From sequence record DRR723986_5242: DNA of 62,031 nucleotides; one strand, given 5' to 3'. Position 1 is the first letter of the stretch, and each line of letters begins with the position of its first letter. The notes under the pieces were generated by a model. That model did not search any database, was not told where the DNA came from, and saw nothing but the letters and a program-made list of their open reading frames with translations. Position numbers and translations under genes: made by a program. Shown piece by piece: positions 1 to 10,872 of the stretch.

Positions 1-46
1 CGATTGAGCCACCAAGAAAGCTACGAGGGAGCGGAACCCAAGCCGA

Positions 47-715
47 TTAAACCAGCACCGTGCTATTCCATGCCGCCATGGCCAGCGCAGCGCGTTGCTC
101 AACCACCTTGACTACATTGGCTACACCGTCCAGCCCCGCAGTCAGCCATGTGCCACCCACTGCTTGCACTGCTTTGATTTCACGCCACTGCGGCAGGTTT
201 TCCAGTGTAACGCCCCCGGTGGGTATCACACGTGCCGTGGCCAACGGTGCGGTAATTCCTGCCAAGGCTTTGGGGCCACCTGCTGCCATGGCCGGAAAAA
301 ACTTCAGCAATTCAAACCCCAGTTCAAGCCCGCGCATCATTTCCGATGCTGTGGCGGCACCGGGAACCCAGGCATATCCTTTTTTCAGGGCGTGTTCAGC
401 CAGGGTTTCAGTGAGGCCCGGTGAAATAAACAGCGTGGCTCCAAGGTCCGCGCTTTGATCAAATTGTGCTGGCGTTAAAACCGTGCCTGCAGACAGCTGC
501 ATTTGAGGAAAACGCTTGGCGATCTCGCCCAAGGCTTCAAGCGCAACCGGGGTGCGCAATGTGATTTCAATTTGAGTGATGCCACCTGCGCAAAGTCCTT
601 CCGCAATTTCCAGTCCTTGTGTGAGGTCGCTGATCACTACCACGGGCAAAACGCCTTGCTGCAACCAGTGTTGTGTGCGTTCAAGGCGTGTGTCGGGTTT
701 GTATTGGGTGTTCAT
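47..715 (-). CDS. eda: KDPG/KHG aldolase (Entner-Doudoroff)
   Basis: EITLRT, AGTVL, SPG, KFFPA and PTGGV motifs; 4-nt overlap with the edd stop. Confidence 0.95.
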   Translation of the reverse strand: MNTQYKPDTRLERTQHWLQQGVLPVVVISDLTQGLEIAEGLCAGGITQIEITLRTPVALEALGEIAKRFPQMQLSAGTVLTPAQFDQSADLGATLFISPGLTETLAEHALKKGYAWVPGAATASEMMRGLELGFELLKFFPAMAAGGPKALAGITAPLATARVIPTGGVTLENLPQWREIKAVQAVGGTWLTAGLDGVANVVKVVEQRAALAMAAWNSTVLV

Positions 716-2523
716 GGTTTGTCCTTGTTGAGCAGGGGAAACAGGTTACTGGCCCCCTCTTCTGCGCTGCTTACCGTGTTTCTCCACACCTGAAAATATC
801 CGCGCCCATGGCTGACTGCCTGCGTGGGTGTGGGCATGGGCTCTCGGTTACTCAAATCGGCCGTGGTCTGTAAAACGCCCTCATGGGCATCTACCCGCAC
901 CATATCGCCATCGCGAAGCCGCGAAATGGGCCCATCGGCTTGGGCCTCAGGGCATACATGAATGGCCGACAACACTTTGCCCGATGCGCCACTCATGCGA
1001 CCATCGGTTACCAAGGCCACTGGTAAGCCTTGGTCTTGCAGAATACCCAGAATGGGTGTGAGTTTGTGCAGCTCGGGCATGCCGTTGGCACGTGGGCCTT
1101 GGTGGGCCAGTACCACCACTACGGGTTGCGTCAATTCGCCCTTGTTGAACGCATCAATCACCTGGTGTTGATCGGTGAATACGCGGCAAGGCGCTTCGAC
1201 AAACCGGTGTTCCTGTTTCACCGCCGACACTTTGCACACGCCTCGGCCCAGGTTGCCTTTCATCAGGCGAATACCGCCGTCTGGCTGAAAGGGATTGGTG
1301 TATGGACGCAGCACCTCGGTGTTGCGTGAGGCACCTGGTTTGCGGGTAGAGAAGGTTTCTGAGGCGGGCAGCACTTCGGCCACGGTGTTGGCCATGGTGG
1401 TGCCCCATATGGTGAGCGCGTCTCCATCTACAAATCCGCCGTCCATCAGCGTGGACAGCAAGCCCGCTGTGCCACCTGCGGCTTGAAATGCATTCACATC
1501 TTCCGTGCCGTTGGGGTACACCCGTGTAAGCAGCGGGGTGACACTGGAGATGATCTGCAGGTCGGTCCAGTCGATCAAGTAGCCAGCTGCACGGGCCACG
1601 CTAATCCAATGAATGGTGTGGTTGGTTGAACCACCCGACGCCATCAGGCCCACCAATGCATTGATCAAACAGCGGGAATCCACCAATGCACCGAGTTTTA
1701 ATGCCGGGTTGCGCGTGGCACTTTCAATGGCACGTACGCTTTCACCAATCAGCGCCTGGCGCTGAGGGCTGCTGGGTGGCTCGAATGCACCACCGGGAAA
1801 CTGCAAGCCCATGAAGTCGAGCATCAGCTGGTTGGAATTGGCCGTGCCATAAAACGTGCAGGTGCCCGGGCTGTGGTATGCCTTTTCCTCGGACTGCAAC
1901 AGGTCTTCGCGGCTTGCTTTGCCCTGTGCAGCCAGTTGGCGTGTTTTGGCTTTCTCGGAATTGGATAGGCCTGTTTCCATGGGGCCGGCGGGAATGAATA
2001 CAAAAGGCAAGTGGCCAAAGCCCAAGGCGCCGATCAACAACCCTGGTGCAATTTTGTCGCACACACCTAACAAAATGGCGCCGTCAAACACGTCGTGCGA
2101 AAGACCCACGCAGGCTGACAGTGCAATCACATCGCGTGAAAAAAGCGACAACTCCATGCCTTCGCGGCCTTGGGTGACACCGTCGCACATGGCCGGTGTG
2201 CCGCCCGCCACCTGTGTCGTGGCACCCAGCGCACGGGCATGCTTGGCGATCAATTCAGGGTAAACCGCAAATGGCTGATGGGCCGACAACATGTCATTGT
2301 ATGCAGTCACAATTCCAAGGTGCGGCGATTTGTGCAGTGAAATAACGCGTTTGGTACTGCTGGGGTAAATGGCTGTGGTGTGAGCAAGGTTGGCGCAGCC
2401 CACGGCCGTGCGGTCTTGAGGGCCTTGTGGCAAGCTGTTCAAGTAGGCAGTGCGTGTGACCGCTGAGCGTTTCTCAATGCGCTCCCGAAGTGCCATCAAT
2501 GTGGGATGTAGTGTGGTTGCCAT
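712..2523 (-). CDS. edd: 6-phosphogluconate dehydratase
   Basis: [47 protein letters not shown] motifs. Confidence 0.96.
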   Translation of the reverse strand: MATTLHPTLMALRERIEKRSAVTRTAYLNSLPQGPQDRTAVGCANLAHTTAIYPSSTKRVISLHKSPHLGIVTAYNDMLSAHQPFAVYPELIAKHARALGATTQVAGGTPAMCDGVTQGREGMELSLFSRDVIALSACVGLSHDVFDGAILLGVCDKIAPGLLIGALGFGHLPFVFIPAGPMETGLSNSEKAKTRQLAAQGKASREDLLQSEEKAYHSPGTCTFYGTANSNQLMLDFMGLQFPGGAFEPPSSPQRQALIGESVRAIESATRNPALKLGALVDSRCLINALVGLMASGGSTNHTIHWISVARAAGYLIDWTDLQIISSVTPLLTRVYPNGTEDVNAFQAAGGTAGLLSTLMDGGFVDGDALTIWGTTMANTVAEVLPASETFSTRKPGASRNTEVLRPYTNPFQPDGGIRLMKGNLGRGVCKVSAVKQEHRFVEAPCRVFTDQHQVIDAFNKGELTQPVVVVLAHQGPRANGMPELHKLTPILGILQDQGLPVALVTDGRMSGASGKVLSAIHVCPEAQADGPISRLRDGDMVRVDAHEGVLQTTADLSNREPMPTPTQAVSHGRGYFQVWRNTVSSAEEGASNLFPLLNKDKP

Positions 2524-2563
2524 TGCACAGCCCTTGGTCAGATTACTTGTAGAGGTGTGTTGT

Positions 2564-2580
2564 TTGTAACATAATTACAA
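2564..2580. promoter_or_regulatory. HexR-like operator TTGTAA-N5-TTACAA between divergent edd and zwf
   Basis: Dyad TTGTAACATAATTACAA; resembles proteobacterial HexR (RpiR family) boxes found at ED genes. Confidence 0.7.
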
Positions 2581-2617
2581 GAAATTAGCAATTTATGTAA
2601 CTTATTTGGAAAATACC

Positions 2618-4084
2618 ATGACCGACAATTCCCCCCTGCCCGTTGGCGCGTTCACCTTTGTGTTGCACGGTGCGGGCGGAGACCTGGCCAAGCGAAAAAT
2701 CATTCCCGCATTGGCACACCTTGCCAAGTCGGGCTATTTCTCGACCGAGTCCAGAATCATTTTTGCACAACGCGAGGCCTTAACGCCCGGCGAAGCCCTG
2801 GCTCAGGTGGACTCATTTCTGAAAGCAGCGGGTGATGAGGCTGCACGCGAGTCCATCCCGGCCTTGTTGCCTTACTTGCACACTTTGCAGGTGGTGCTGG
2901 GCACACCAGAGTCATGCCGGGCCATGAGTAACGCAGTGGCTGGAAGCCCCGAGCCAGTGGTGCATTATGCCGCCCTGCCTTCATCGCGGTTTATTGATTT
3001 GATCAATTGCATTCCCACCGTACGCGACCCTGAAAAGCTTCGCTTGGTGCTGGAAAAGCCCTTGGGTTTTAACGCGAAAGAATCTGCCCTGATTGAAGAA
3101 GCCGTGGCCGCCAAGCTCGATGAATCGCAGGTGTATCGCATTGATCACTACCTGGGTAAACAGGCTGTACAAAACATGCTGGCGCTGCGATTGGGCAACC
3201 GGATTTTCGAGCCCTTGCTGACCCGCGAGCATGTGTCCCATGTGCAAATTACCGTGGCTGAAGATTTGGGTGTGGAAGATCGCGCCGGTTTTTATGAACA
3301 TGCCGGTGCGCTTCGAGACATGGTTCAAAGCCATATTTTGCAGCTGTTGGCGATTGTGGCCATGGAACCGCCAGTCAGCCTGGAGGCCAATTCATTGCGC
3401 GATGAGAAGCTCAAGGTATTGCGCTCTTTGAAGGTGCCGCAGGTGACGGGTATTCCAGAGATCGTGGTGGGCCAGTATGGAGAGGGTTTTGTGAAAGGCC
3501 AGCCTGTGCCCAGGTACCGCAGTGAAAAAGGTGTCGCCGCAAATTCAACTACAGAAACGTATGTGGCGTTTCGAACCGAGGTGCAAACCTGGCGATGGGC
3601 AGGTGTGCCGTTTTTGGTGCGCACAGGCAAGCGCATGCCACGCCGTTTTGCAGAAATTGTGATTCAGTTTCGCGATGTGCCCAAGCCCCTGTTTGAACCG
3701 GTGGGCGGCCAATGGGTGGGCAACCAGTTGGTGATCCATTTGCAGCCCGAGGACAAACTTGAGCTGAAGTTGCTGGCAAAAACACCGGGCGAGCGTGAAC
3801 GCTTGAAGCCAGTGTCGCTCGACCTGGATTTTTTCAATACCTGGCGCATTCCAGTGCGTGACGCTTACGAGCGATTAATCACCGATATTTTGCGCGGGCG
3901 ACTGGGTTTGTTTCTGCGTCGTGATGAGGTACAAACCCAGTGGCAATTTGTGGATCGTATTTTGAATGACCTGAAAAGCCACGGCATGGAGCCCGTGCCC
4001 TACACCAGCGGCACCTATGGCCCTTCATCGGCCACAGCCATGGCATTGCGGGCCAATTCATTGTGGTCGGAGGATGGGTTGTGA
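2618..4084 (+). CDS. zwf: glucose-6-phosphate 1-dehydrogenase
   Basis: GDLAKRK, EKPLG, YRIDHYLGK, RDMVQSH, RWAGVPF motifs; ATG 2618 preferred to TTG 2606. Confidence 0.96.
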   Translation: MTDNSPLPVGAFTFVLHGAGGDLAKRKIIPALAHLAKSGYFSTESRIIFAQREALTPGEALAQVDSFLKAAGDEAARESIPALLPYLHTLQVVLGTPESCRAMSNAVAGSPEPVVHYAALPSSRFIDLINCIPTVRDPEKLRLVLEKPLGFNAKESALIEEAVAAKLDESQVYRIDHYLGKQAVQNMLALRLGNRIFEPLLTREHVSHVQITVAEDLGVEDRAGFYEHAGALRDMVQSHILQLLAIVAMEPPVSLEANSLRDEKLKVLRSLKVPQVTGIPEIVVGQYGEGFVKGQPVPRYRSEKGVAANSTTETYVAFRTEVQTWRWAGVPFLVRTGKRMPRRFAEIVIQFRDVPKPLFEPVGGQWVGNQLVIHLQPEDKLELKLLAKTPGERERLKPVSLDLDFFNTWRIPVRDAYERLITDILRGRLGLFLRRDEVQTQWQFVDRILNDLKSHGMEPVPYTSGTYGPSSATAMALRANSLWSEDGL

Positions 4085-6840
4085 GCAACAGCGTGAATCA
4101 GGATGACAAGGACCAGCAATTGCGCGACGACATTCGCCTGTTGGGTGCTTTGCTGGGTGAAATCATCGCCGAGCAGCAAGGTTTGCCGGTATTTAATGCG
4201 ATTGAAGAAGTAAGGCAGTTGTCGGTGCAGTACCGGCGCTTTGATGACAAGGCAGCACGCGCCAAACTGGAAGCTCGGCTTGAAGCTTTGTCGCAAGATG
4301 AAACCATTTCACTGATACGCTCTTTCTCGATTTTTTCGATGTTGAGCAATATTGCTGAAGACTGCCATTTGATTCGACGCAATCGCCAGCATGAACTGGC
4401 GGGTATGCCCGCGCGCGAGGCCAGCCTGGATTACACCATCCCCGAGTTGGAACGCGTGGGTGTGAATCGTGAAGCAGTGCTTGCACGCCTGAAACAAACC
4501 GAATCTGTGCCAGTGCTTACCGCGCACCCCACCGAGGTGCAGCGCAAAAGTGTGCTGGATGCACAGCAAAGCATCATCGCGCTGATCCGCCACCGCGATG
4601 AAATTCAATTGACGCGTGAAGAGGCCAACGCCTGGCGGGATGAACTGAAAGCGGCCGTGCAGCGCTTGTTTCAAACCCGTTTGCTGCGCCGAAACAAATT
4701 GAGTGTGATTGACGAGGTCAACAATGCGCTGGCCTATTTCGACTCCACTTTTTTTGCGCAGGTGCCGCAGGTGTACCGCAAGCTGCAAAGCCTCCTGAAT
4801 TTGCCCAGCACGGACAACTTTTTGCCCGTGAATGAGGACCCACTGGGCAAGGTGTTGACGGTGGGCTCGTGGATTGGTGGCGATCGCGATGGCAACCCGT
4901 TTGTGACTGCGCAGGTGCTGGACACCTCGTTGAAAATTCAAAGTCGCAAAGTGCTGGAGCATTATCTGGCCGAGGTGAATTGCCTGATTCGCGAATTCAG
5001 CGTGACCGATTATTTCTTGAAACCCAATCCGCCTTTGACCGAATTGGCCAATGCCTCGGGGGAAGATTCAGCCCACCGCATGGATGAAACGCTGCGCCGC
5101 GCCTGTGTGGCAATTCGCAAACGGGTGGACGCCACTTTGCAGCAAGCGGTTCGGGGCGAGTGCACCGCCTTGGCTTATTCAAGCCCAGCTGATTTTCTGG
5201 CCGATTTGAATACCCTGTTTTCTGCGCTGAATGACAACGGTATGCAGCGAATTGCAGAAGGTCGTTTGGCGCTGCTGGCGCGCAAGGTGAAGGTGTTTGG
5301 TTTCTCTTTGATGGCTTTGGACCTTCGCCAAAACAGCGATGTGTTTGAAGAGGTGATTGCTGATTTGCTCAAGCAATCCACCCTGGGGAAAATTGATTAC
5401 CTGGCCTGTGGCGAAGCCCAACGCGTTGAGCTTTTGTGTGCTGAACTGCGCACCCCTCGTTTGCTGTTCAGTGATTCCCTGCAGTACAGCGAGCGCACCC
5501 ATTCAGAAATGGCGATTTTCAGAAAGGCCAAACTTGCGCATCAAATTCTCGGTGCTTCGGCCATTCAGAACTGCATCATTTCCAAAACCGCATCGGTGAG
5601 TGACCTGCTTGAACTGGCGGTGCTGCTTAAAGAGGCCCATTTGTTGAATGTGGCCAAGGGCGAGATTGCCGTCAATGTGGTGCCTTTGTTTGAAACCATT
5701 GGCGACTTGCAGGCCGCGCCCGACATCATGAATCGTTTGTTCGGTATCCCGGAATATCGAGCCCTGGTGGGTTCGCGCGGGCATGTGCAGGAAGTGATGC
5801 TGGGCTATTCAGACAGCAACAAGGATGGCGGTTTTGTCACTTCCGGTTGGAGCCTGTACCAGGCCGAAATTGGTTTGGTGGATGTGTTTGCAAAACACGG
5901 TATTAAAATTCGCCTGTTCCACGGTCGGGGTGGTTCGGTGGGGCGCGGTGGCGGTTCGAGCTACCACGCCATTTTGGGTCAACCACCGGGTGCGGTGGAT
6001 GGTCGAATTCGTTTGACTGAACAGGGCGAAGTGATCGCCGCCAAGTACGGTATTGAATCGCTGGGTCGGCGCAACCTGGAGGTGTTGGTGTCAGCGAACC
6101 TGATGGTGTCTGAACACACCGAGCTGACGCGTGAAGTACCCGTGAAGTACTTGGAACTCATGGCGAAGTTGTCGGAACATGCCTTCAACGCTTACCGGGA
6201 TTTGGTCTACAACACCGATGGATTTCTGGATTACTTCAAACAGTCCACGGTCATTTCTGAAATTGCCAGTTTGAACATTGGTAGCCGCCCCGCGTCCCGC
6301 AAAGCCAACTGGACTATTGAAGATTTGCGCGCCATTCCCTGGGTGTTCAGCTGGGCGCAAAGCCGTGTGATGTTGCCGGGGTGGTATGGCTTTGGCACAG
6401 CGGTGGCCACTTTGCGTACCCGCTTGAGCGAGCCCGAATTGCAGGATCTGCAAGCCATGGCGAAACAATGGCCCTTCTTTAACACCATGCTGTCAACATT
6501 GAACATGGTGCTGGCCAAAGCGGACATGGCGATTGCATCGCGTTATGCCGCCATGGTGGAAGACGCTGCACTGCGTGACAAAGTGTTTGGCCGCATTGCC
6601 GCCGAGCATGCACGTGCCGTGGAAGGGCTGTTGTGGCTGACTGGGCAACAAGAATTGCTGGCGGACAACCCATTGCTGAAACGTTCCATTGAAGCGCGTT
6701 TTCCGTATGTCGACCCGCTGAACCATGTGCAGGTTGAACTGTTGCGCAGGCACCGCCAGGGCGAACTGGATGAGCGCGTGGCGCGCGGCGTTCACCTGTC
6801 GATCAACGGCATTGCCACTGGCTTAAGGAACAGTGGCTAG
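4081..6840 (+). CDS. ppc: phosphoenolpyruvate carboxylase
   Basis: VLTAHPTE, SWIGGDRDGNP, VMLGYSDSNKDGG, FHGRGGSVGRGGG, LRAIPWVFSW, C-terminal RNSG; GTG start overlaps the zwf TGA. Confidence 0.97.
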   Translation: MSNSVNQDDKDQQLRDDIRLLGALLGEIIAEQQGLPVFNAIEEVRQLSVQYRRFDDKAARAKLEARLEALSQDETISLIRSFSIFSMLSNIAEDCHLIRRNRQHELAGMPAREASLDYTIPELERVGVNREAVLARLKQTESVPVLTAHPTEVQRKSVLDAQQSIIALIRHRDEIQLTREEANAWRDELKAAVQRLFQTRLLRRNKLSVIDEVNNALAYFDSTFFAQVPQVYRKLQSLLNLPSTDNFLPVNEDPLGKVLTVGSWIGGDRDGNPFVTAQVLDTSLKIQSRKVLEHYLAEVNCLIREFSVTDYFLKPNPPLTELANASGEDSAHRMDETLRRACVAIRKRVDATLQQAVRGECTALAYSSPADFLADLNTLFSALNDNGMQRIAEGRLALLARKVKVFGFSLMALDLRQNSDVFEEVIADLLKQSTLGKIDYLACGEAQRVELLCAELRTPRLLFSDSLQYSERTHSEMAIFRKAKLAHQILGASAIQNCIISKTASVSDLLELAVLLKEAHLLNVAKGEIAVNVVPLFETIGDLQAAPDIMNRLFGIPEYRALVGSRGHVQEVMLGYSDSNKDGGFVTSGWSLYQAEIGLVDVFAKHGIKIRLFHGRGGSVGRGGGSSYHAILGQPPGAVDGRIRLTEQGEVIAAKYGIESLGRRNLEVLVSANLMVSEHTELTREVPVKYLELMAKLSEHAFNAYRDLVYNTDGFLDYFKQSTVISEIASLNIGSRPASRKANWTIEDLRAIPWVFSWAQSRVMLPGWYGFGTAVATLRTRLSEPELQDLQAMAKQWPFFNTMLSTLNMVLAKADMAIASRYAAMVEDAALRDKVFGRIAAEHARAVEGLLWLTGQQELLADNPLLKRSIEARFPYVDPLNHVQVELLRRHRQGELDERVARGVHLSINGIATGLRNSG

Positions 6841-6853
6841 CAGGGAGTGAATT

Positions 6854-7648
6854 GTGGAAACGGTACAAATTGCCAGCTGGAATGAGTTTGTGGCCTTGAC
6901 CTCAGAATGCGACGGTTGGGCGTTTCGGGGATTGCAGGATGCCGACTGGCCGCTGCTAAGTTCCTTGTCGCGCTACCTTCAGAATTACGTGCCTGACAAA
7001 ACATCCTGGCGCTCGCGCGAAGAACGTGCCTTTCGGATTTTTCGCCGCAAGGCGCACAATTATTTGCCCGATGCCAGTGTGCTGGATGACGACATTCGTT
7101 GCCTGGCCTTGATGCAGCATCATGGTGCACCCACCCGCATGCTTGACTTCACGAAGTCGCCTTTTGTGGCTGCGTTTTTTGCCTTGGAAAGAGCGGTTAA
7201 AAATTCGGCCGTGTTTGCCTTGGACACTCCACGGTTGTGGATGGCCACGCCGATCAACAATGCCACCCTGCACCGCGACATGATAGACCCGCGTATTCCA
7301 GGCAATTTTGAGCGTTACTTTGCAACCAACGCCAACGACATCATGTGGGTGGGCGAACCCGACCAGATGGATCGGCGGCTGGTGGCGCAATCAGGTACGT
7401 TTGTGGTGCCGGGTGTATTGGACAAACCGATTGATGAAATTATTCAACAGTACGAGACCGGCCCCGCGATGATCCGCAAATTCATTTTGCCGGCCAGCAT
7501 TCGAAAAGAGGCCATGTTGGCCCTGTACCGAATGAACATCACGCATGCCACGCTGTTTCCAGACCTCGACGGGCTTTCACGCTCCATTTCCTATGAGCTT
7601 GAAATTACCTGGCCGGGGCATGTGCTGGCCGAAAGGAAATCGCAGTGA
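6854..7648 (+). CDS. FRG domain-containing protein
   Basis: WAFRG, QHHGAPTRMLDFT, P-x-VAAFFA, RLVAQSGTF, LFPDLDG are typical FRG-family motifs. Confidence 0.88.
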   Translation: METVQIASWNEFVALTSECDGWAFRGLQDADWPLLSSLSRYLQNYVPDKTSWRSREERAFRIFRRKAHNYLPDASVLDDDIRCLALMQHHGAPTRMLDFTKSPFVAAFFALERAVKNSAVFALDTPRLWMATPINNATLHRDMIDPRIPGNFERYFATNANDIMWVGEPDQMDRRLVAQSGTFVVPGVLDKPIDEIIQQYETGPAMIRKFILPASIRKEAMLALYRMNITHATLFPDLDGLSRSISYELEITWPGHVLAERKSQ

Positions 7649-7662
7649 GCTGATGCGCTAGT

Positions 7663-8883
7663 TCAGCTTCGGCTTTCCTGGCGGTATTCTTCTAGCTTGT
7701 TGCCCCGGTACACCTGTTTAAAGAAAATGGGTGTCAGGAAGGTGGTGACAATGCCCATTAACACCAAGGTTGAGAACATGGTAGGGCCAATAAAGCCGTT
7801 CTGGTAGGCAATGCCGGCCACCACCAGTTCCATCACGCCACGGCCGTTGAGTACTGCCCCCAAACCCAATGATTCCCGGTGCTCCATTCCCACCATCAAA
7901 CCGCCCAGCCAGCCCGCGAACAGTTTGGTGACAATCGACACCACGATGACGATGAATGGGAATTCCCATTCGCTGAGGCTGACCAGTTGAAGTTCAAGGC
8001 CCAGATATGCAAAGAAAATAGGGCCCAGAAAACCGTTGGTAATTGACCCGAGCGTGCCTTGCAGGTCTTTGTAGCGCGAGGCGATGAAGTGTTTTTTGTC
8101 CAGAAACAGCGCACCAAAAAATGCACCAATCACAAAGTGAAAACCCAAAGCCTCACTGATGGTGCCAAACACCAGAACAAACACAATCACAATGCCGAAC
8201 AAAGCCTCAGGACCAAATACCTTGATCATGGATTCTGGCAAGGCCTGCACATTCACCTTGCGTTTCTCAAGCCAGTTCAGCAATTGGTTCAGCCCCACCA
8301 CCACCAGGCCCATGGCCATCAGTTTCAGGGTGGCTATGCCCACGGCCACGCTGGCGTCGCCCAGTGTGAGTGTTTCAGGCAGGTTCAGCACAATACCCAG
8401 AATAAAAAGCGCAGCCACGTCGTTGACCACTGCGGTGGCCAGTGAAAATTTGGCAATCGGGGTGTGTAAAATTCCGAGGCTGTCCATCAGCTTTACGGCC
8501 ACAGGCAATGCGGTGATTGAAATGCACAGGCCCAGAAAAATCATGCGCATGATGTCCTGACCAAATGCTGCCGCAACCAACACACCACCACCGAAGGGAA
8601 TGAAAAAGCTGATGGCTGCCAACATAAGCCCGCGCCCTTTCATGGCGCCCACAATGTCGGAAAAGCGCATTTCAAGGCCGGCATTCAAAATGATCAGAAA
8701 CACAGCCAATTCAGTCACGCCGGCAAGGGCTTTGTTGGGTTCAATCAAACCCAGAATGGCCGGGCCCAGCAATACCCCGGCCAGAATTTCACCGATCAGC
8801 TCGGGCTGGTTGTAGCGTGCAAACAGGCGGCCGAACAAGCGGGCGACCACAATAAGCAATAGCAAGCTGGACAGCAGAGACAT
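7663..8883 (-). CDS. cation:proton antiporter (CPA2/KefB-like)
   Basis: Polytopic hydrophobic protein; GEILAGVLLGP, AVVNDV, IGAFFGA, GRGVMEL motifs. Confidence 0.88.
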   Translation of the reverse strand: MSLLSSLLLLIVVARLFGRLFARYNQPELIGEILAGVLLGPAILGLIEPNKALAGVTELAVFLIILNAGLEMRFSDIVGAMKGRGLMLAAISFFIPFGGGVLVAAAFGQDIMRMIFLGLCISITALPVAVKLMDSLGILHTPIAKFSLATAVVNDVAALFILGIVLNLPETLTLGDASVAVGIATLKLMAMGLVVVGLNQLLNWLEKRKVNVQALPESMIKVFGPEALFGIVIVFVLVFGTISEALGFHFVIGAFFGALFLDKKHFIASRYKDLQGTLGSITNGFLGPIFFAYLGLELQLVSLSEWEFPFIVIVVSIVTKLFAGWLGGLMVGMEHRESLGLGAVLNGRGVMELVVAGIAYQNGFIGPTMFSTLVLMGIVTTFLTPIFFKQVYRGNKLEEYRQESRS

Positions 8884-8995
8884 AGTGAAATTTACAGAAA
8901 TATGGCGATTGAGTTTACCACTGGCAAGCTTAGGGTTAACGCGGAGAACTCAATGTGGTCAAATGTGCTGTTTCAATCTTTTGACTTGGCGTTGT

Positions 8996-9538
8996 ATGTC
9001 CGATTCTGAAAAGCACCTGGAAGAAACCTGCATCACCAGCACACGCGTGTTTGACGGGCATTTGATGAAAGTGAACCAGGACACAGTGCGCCTGCCCAAT
9101 GGCGAACAATCGGTGCGCGAATACACGGTGCACCCGGGTGCAGTGGCCATTATTCCCATTCTGGAAGACGGTCGCTTTGTGATGGAGCGGCAATTTCGCT
9201 ACCCTCTGCACCGCGTGTTTCTGGAATTCCCGGCTGGCAAAATTGATCCGGGTGAAGACCCAGTGGCCACGGCTCACCGGGAACTGCTGGAAGAAACCGG
9301 ATATGTGGCACAAACGCTGGAATACATCACCACCGTTCACCCGGTCATTTCCTATTCCACAGAAAAGATCGAGTTGTATGTGGCGCGTGGTTTAACCCTG
9401 CAAGAACGACAGCTGGACCACAATGAGTTTCTGGACGTGGTGCTGGTTGAACCTGCCGAGTTGATGAGGCAGATCAAGGCAGGTGAAGTCAGTGATGTGA
9501 AAACGATTATTGGGGCGTTTTGGGTGGCACAAACCTGA
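8996..9538 (+). CDS. NUDIX hydrolase (ADP-ribose pyrophosphatase-like)
   Basis: Nudix box GKIDPGEDPVATAHRELLEETGY; HPGAVAI; QFRYP. Confidence 0.9.
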   Translation: MSDSEKHLEETCITSTRVFDGHLMKVNQDTVRLPNGEQSVREYTVHPGAVAIIPILEDGRFVMERQFRYPLHRVFLEFPAGKIDPGEDPVATAHRELLEETGYVAQTLEYITTVHPVISYSTEKIELYVARGLTLQERQLDHNEFLDVVLVEPAELMRQIKAGEVSDVKTIIGAFWVAQT

Positions 9539-10118
9539 AGTCGCACAGTGGGTGTGCTTGGGCAATGGTTTGGGCGCGTTGCAATTGCAAACCCCACTGC
9601 GCAGCCATTTGGTGGTCCAGGCTGCAGGCGGCATGGCGAGTTAGTTCAGGCACGCCCTGCTGTTTAAAGTAATTGGCCAGCGGGCAAACAGTGACATCAA
9701 AGGCCACCGCACCGTTGGTGGGGTGCACTGCGCGTACAAACGGTTTGGTGAACATCACCTTGAACATGAGGTTGGTCAACCACCGTGCGCGCACCAGTGC
9801 TTTTGCGCTGCGCAGGCGAGACAACTTGAAACCCAATTCAATCGGCGGACCAAATAGTTGCCAGTTGATGGTTTCAATCAACTGGCCTGCTTCAGTGCGG
9901 GGCATTCCCTCTTCCAGTGCTGCGCGGTACAAGGCCACATCCCATTCCATGTAGCGCATGATCAACCCCAAGCCCAACGAATGTGGTGGGCGTGTGTGTT
10001 GAATACTTTGTTGAATGCGCTGCGCAGTTTGCCACAGTGGCGCAGTGACAACCGGTTTTACCTGCCTGGCAAAATCATGGTTTGGCAAGTAAAACCGCAG
10101 CGCAGCCAGCAGGTTCAT
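9507..10118 (-). CDS. L-2-amino-thiazoline-4-carboxylic acid hydrolase-family protein
   Basis: FDVTVCPLA...CSLD...RAQTIAQ...CDFRF cysteine pattern; 32-nt convergent overlap with the NUDIX gene. Confidence 0.7.
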   Translation of the reverse strand: MNLLAALRFYLPNHDFARQVKPVVTAPLWQTAQRIQQSIQHTRPPHSLGLGLIMRYMEWDVALYRAALEEGMPRTEAGQLIETINWQLFGPPIELGFKLSRLRSAKALVRARWLTNLMFKVMFTKPFVRAVHPTNGAVAFDVTVCPLANYFKQQGVPELTRHAACSLDHQMAAQWGLQLQRAQTIAQAHPLCDFRFVPPKTPQ

Positions 10119-10127
10119 GGCGAGGCC

Positions 10128-10772
10128 TTAAAACTGCAGGTCGCGCACATACGGGTTGCTTCGGCGTTCCTGACCAAAGCTGCCCTCTGGCCCGTGGCCT
10201 GGAATAAACACGGTGTCATTGCCCATGGGCCACAAGCGGTTGCGAATGCTGTCGATCAGGGTTTCATGGTCACCACCGGGAAAGTCCGTGCGGCCCATGC
10301 TGCCCACAAACAGCACATCGCCCACAAATGCACGTTTGGCCTCCTCCGAGTGAAACACCACATGGCCCGGTGTGTGGCCCGGGCAGTGGCGCACATTCAG
10401 GGTGCAATGGCCAATTTGAACCGTGTCGCCATCGACCAGCCAACGGTTGGGCGTGAAAGGTTTACTCAAGGGAAAGTTGAACATGCGGCTTTGGTCGGCC
10501 AGTCTATCGATCCAGAACTGGTCACCCACGTGTGGGCCGATGATGGGCAAGTTCAATTGCTCGGCCAGTTCTGCCACCCCACCTGCGTGGTCAATGTGCG
10601 CGTGGGTGAGCCAGATTGCTTGCAGCTCCAGATTGCGATCGGCAACAGCCTTCTTGAGTTTGTTCAGATCGCCACCGGGGTCGATGATGGCGGCCTTGTT
10701 GGTTTCACTGCACCACACGATGGAACAGTTTTGTGCAAACGGTGTAACAGGAATGGTGTGGTAGCGAAGCAT
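10128..10772 (-). CDS. MBL-fold metallo-hydrolase (YcbL/GloC-like)
   Basis: THAHIDHAGG, PGHTPGH, GDVLF, GRTDFPGG, PGHG; start moved to MLRYHT. Confidence 0.92.
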   Translation of the reverse strand: MLRYHTIPVTPFAQNCSIVWCSETNKAAIIDPGGDLNKLKKAVADRNLELQAIWLTHAHIDHAGGVAELAEQLNLPIIGPHVGDQFWIDRLADQSRMFNFPLSKPFTPNRWLVDGDTVQIGHCTLNVRHCPGHTPGHVVFHSEEAKRAFVGDVLFVGSMGRTDFPGGDHETLIDSIRNRLWPMGNDTVFIPGHGPEGSFGQERRSNPYVRDLQF

Positions 10773-10872
10773 GTGGCGTGTGGGTGAATACAGTGGAGAT
10801 ATAGTAGTGAAATTGTGGTGTTGATTCAAATTAACCCGGTTCAATTGACCAAGAAAAAGGGGGTTCGAGTTT

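Noticed and set aside
4309-4962. Long antisense/overlapping ORFs (also 9858-10787, 23794-24606, 46924-47607 and many others)
   Set aside because: Shadows of well-supported genes on the opposite strand; no motifs
10821-10834. FNR-like TTGAT-N4-ATTAA
   Set aside because: One mismatch in an AT-rich spacer and no anaerobic function in the flanking genes
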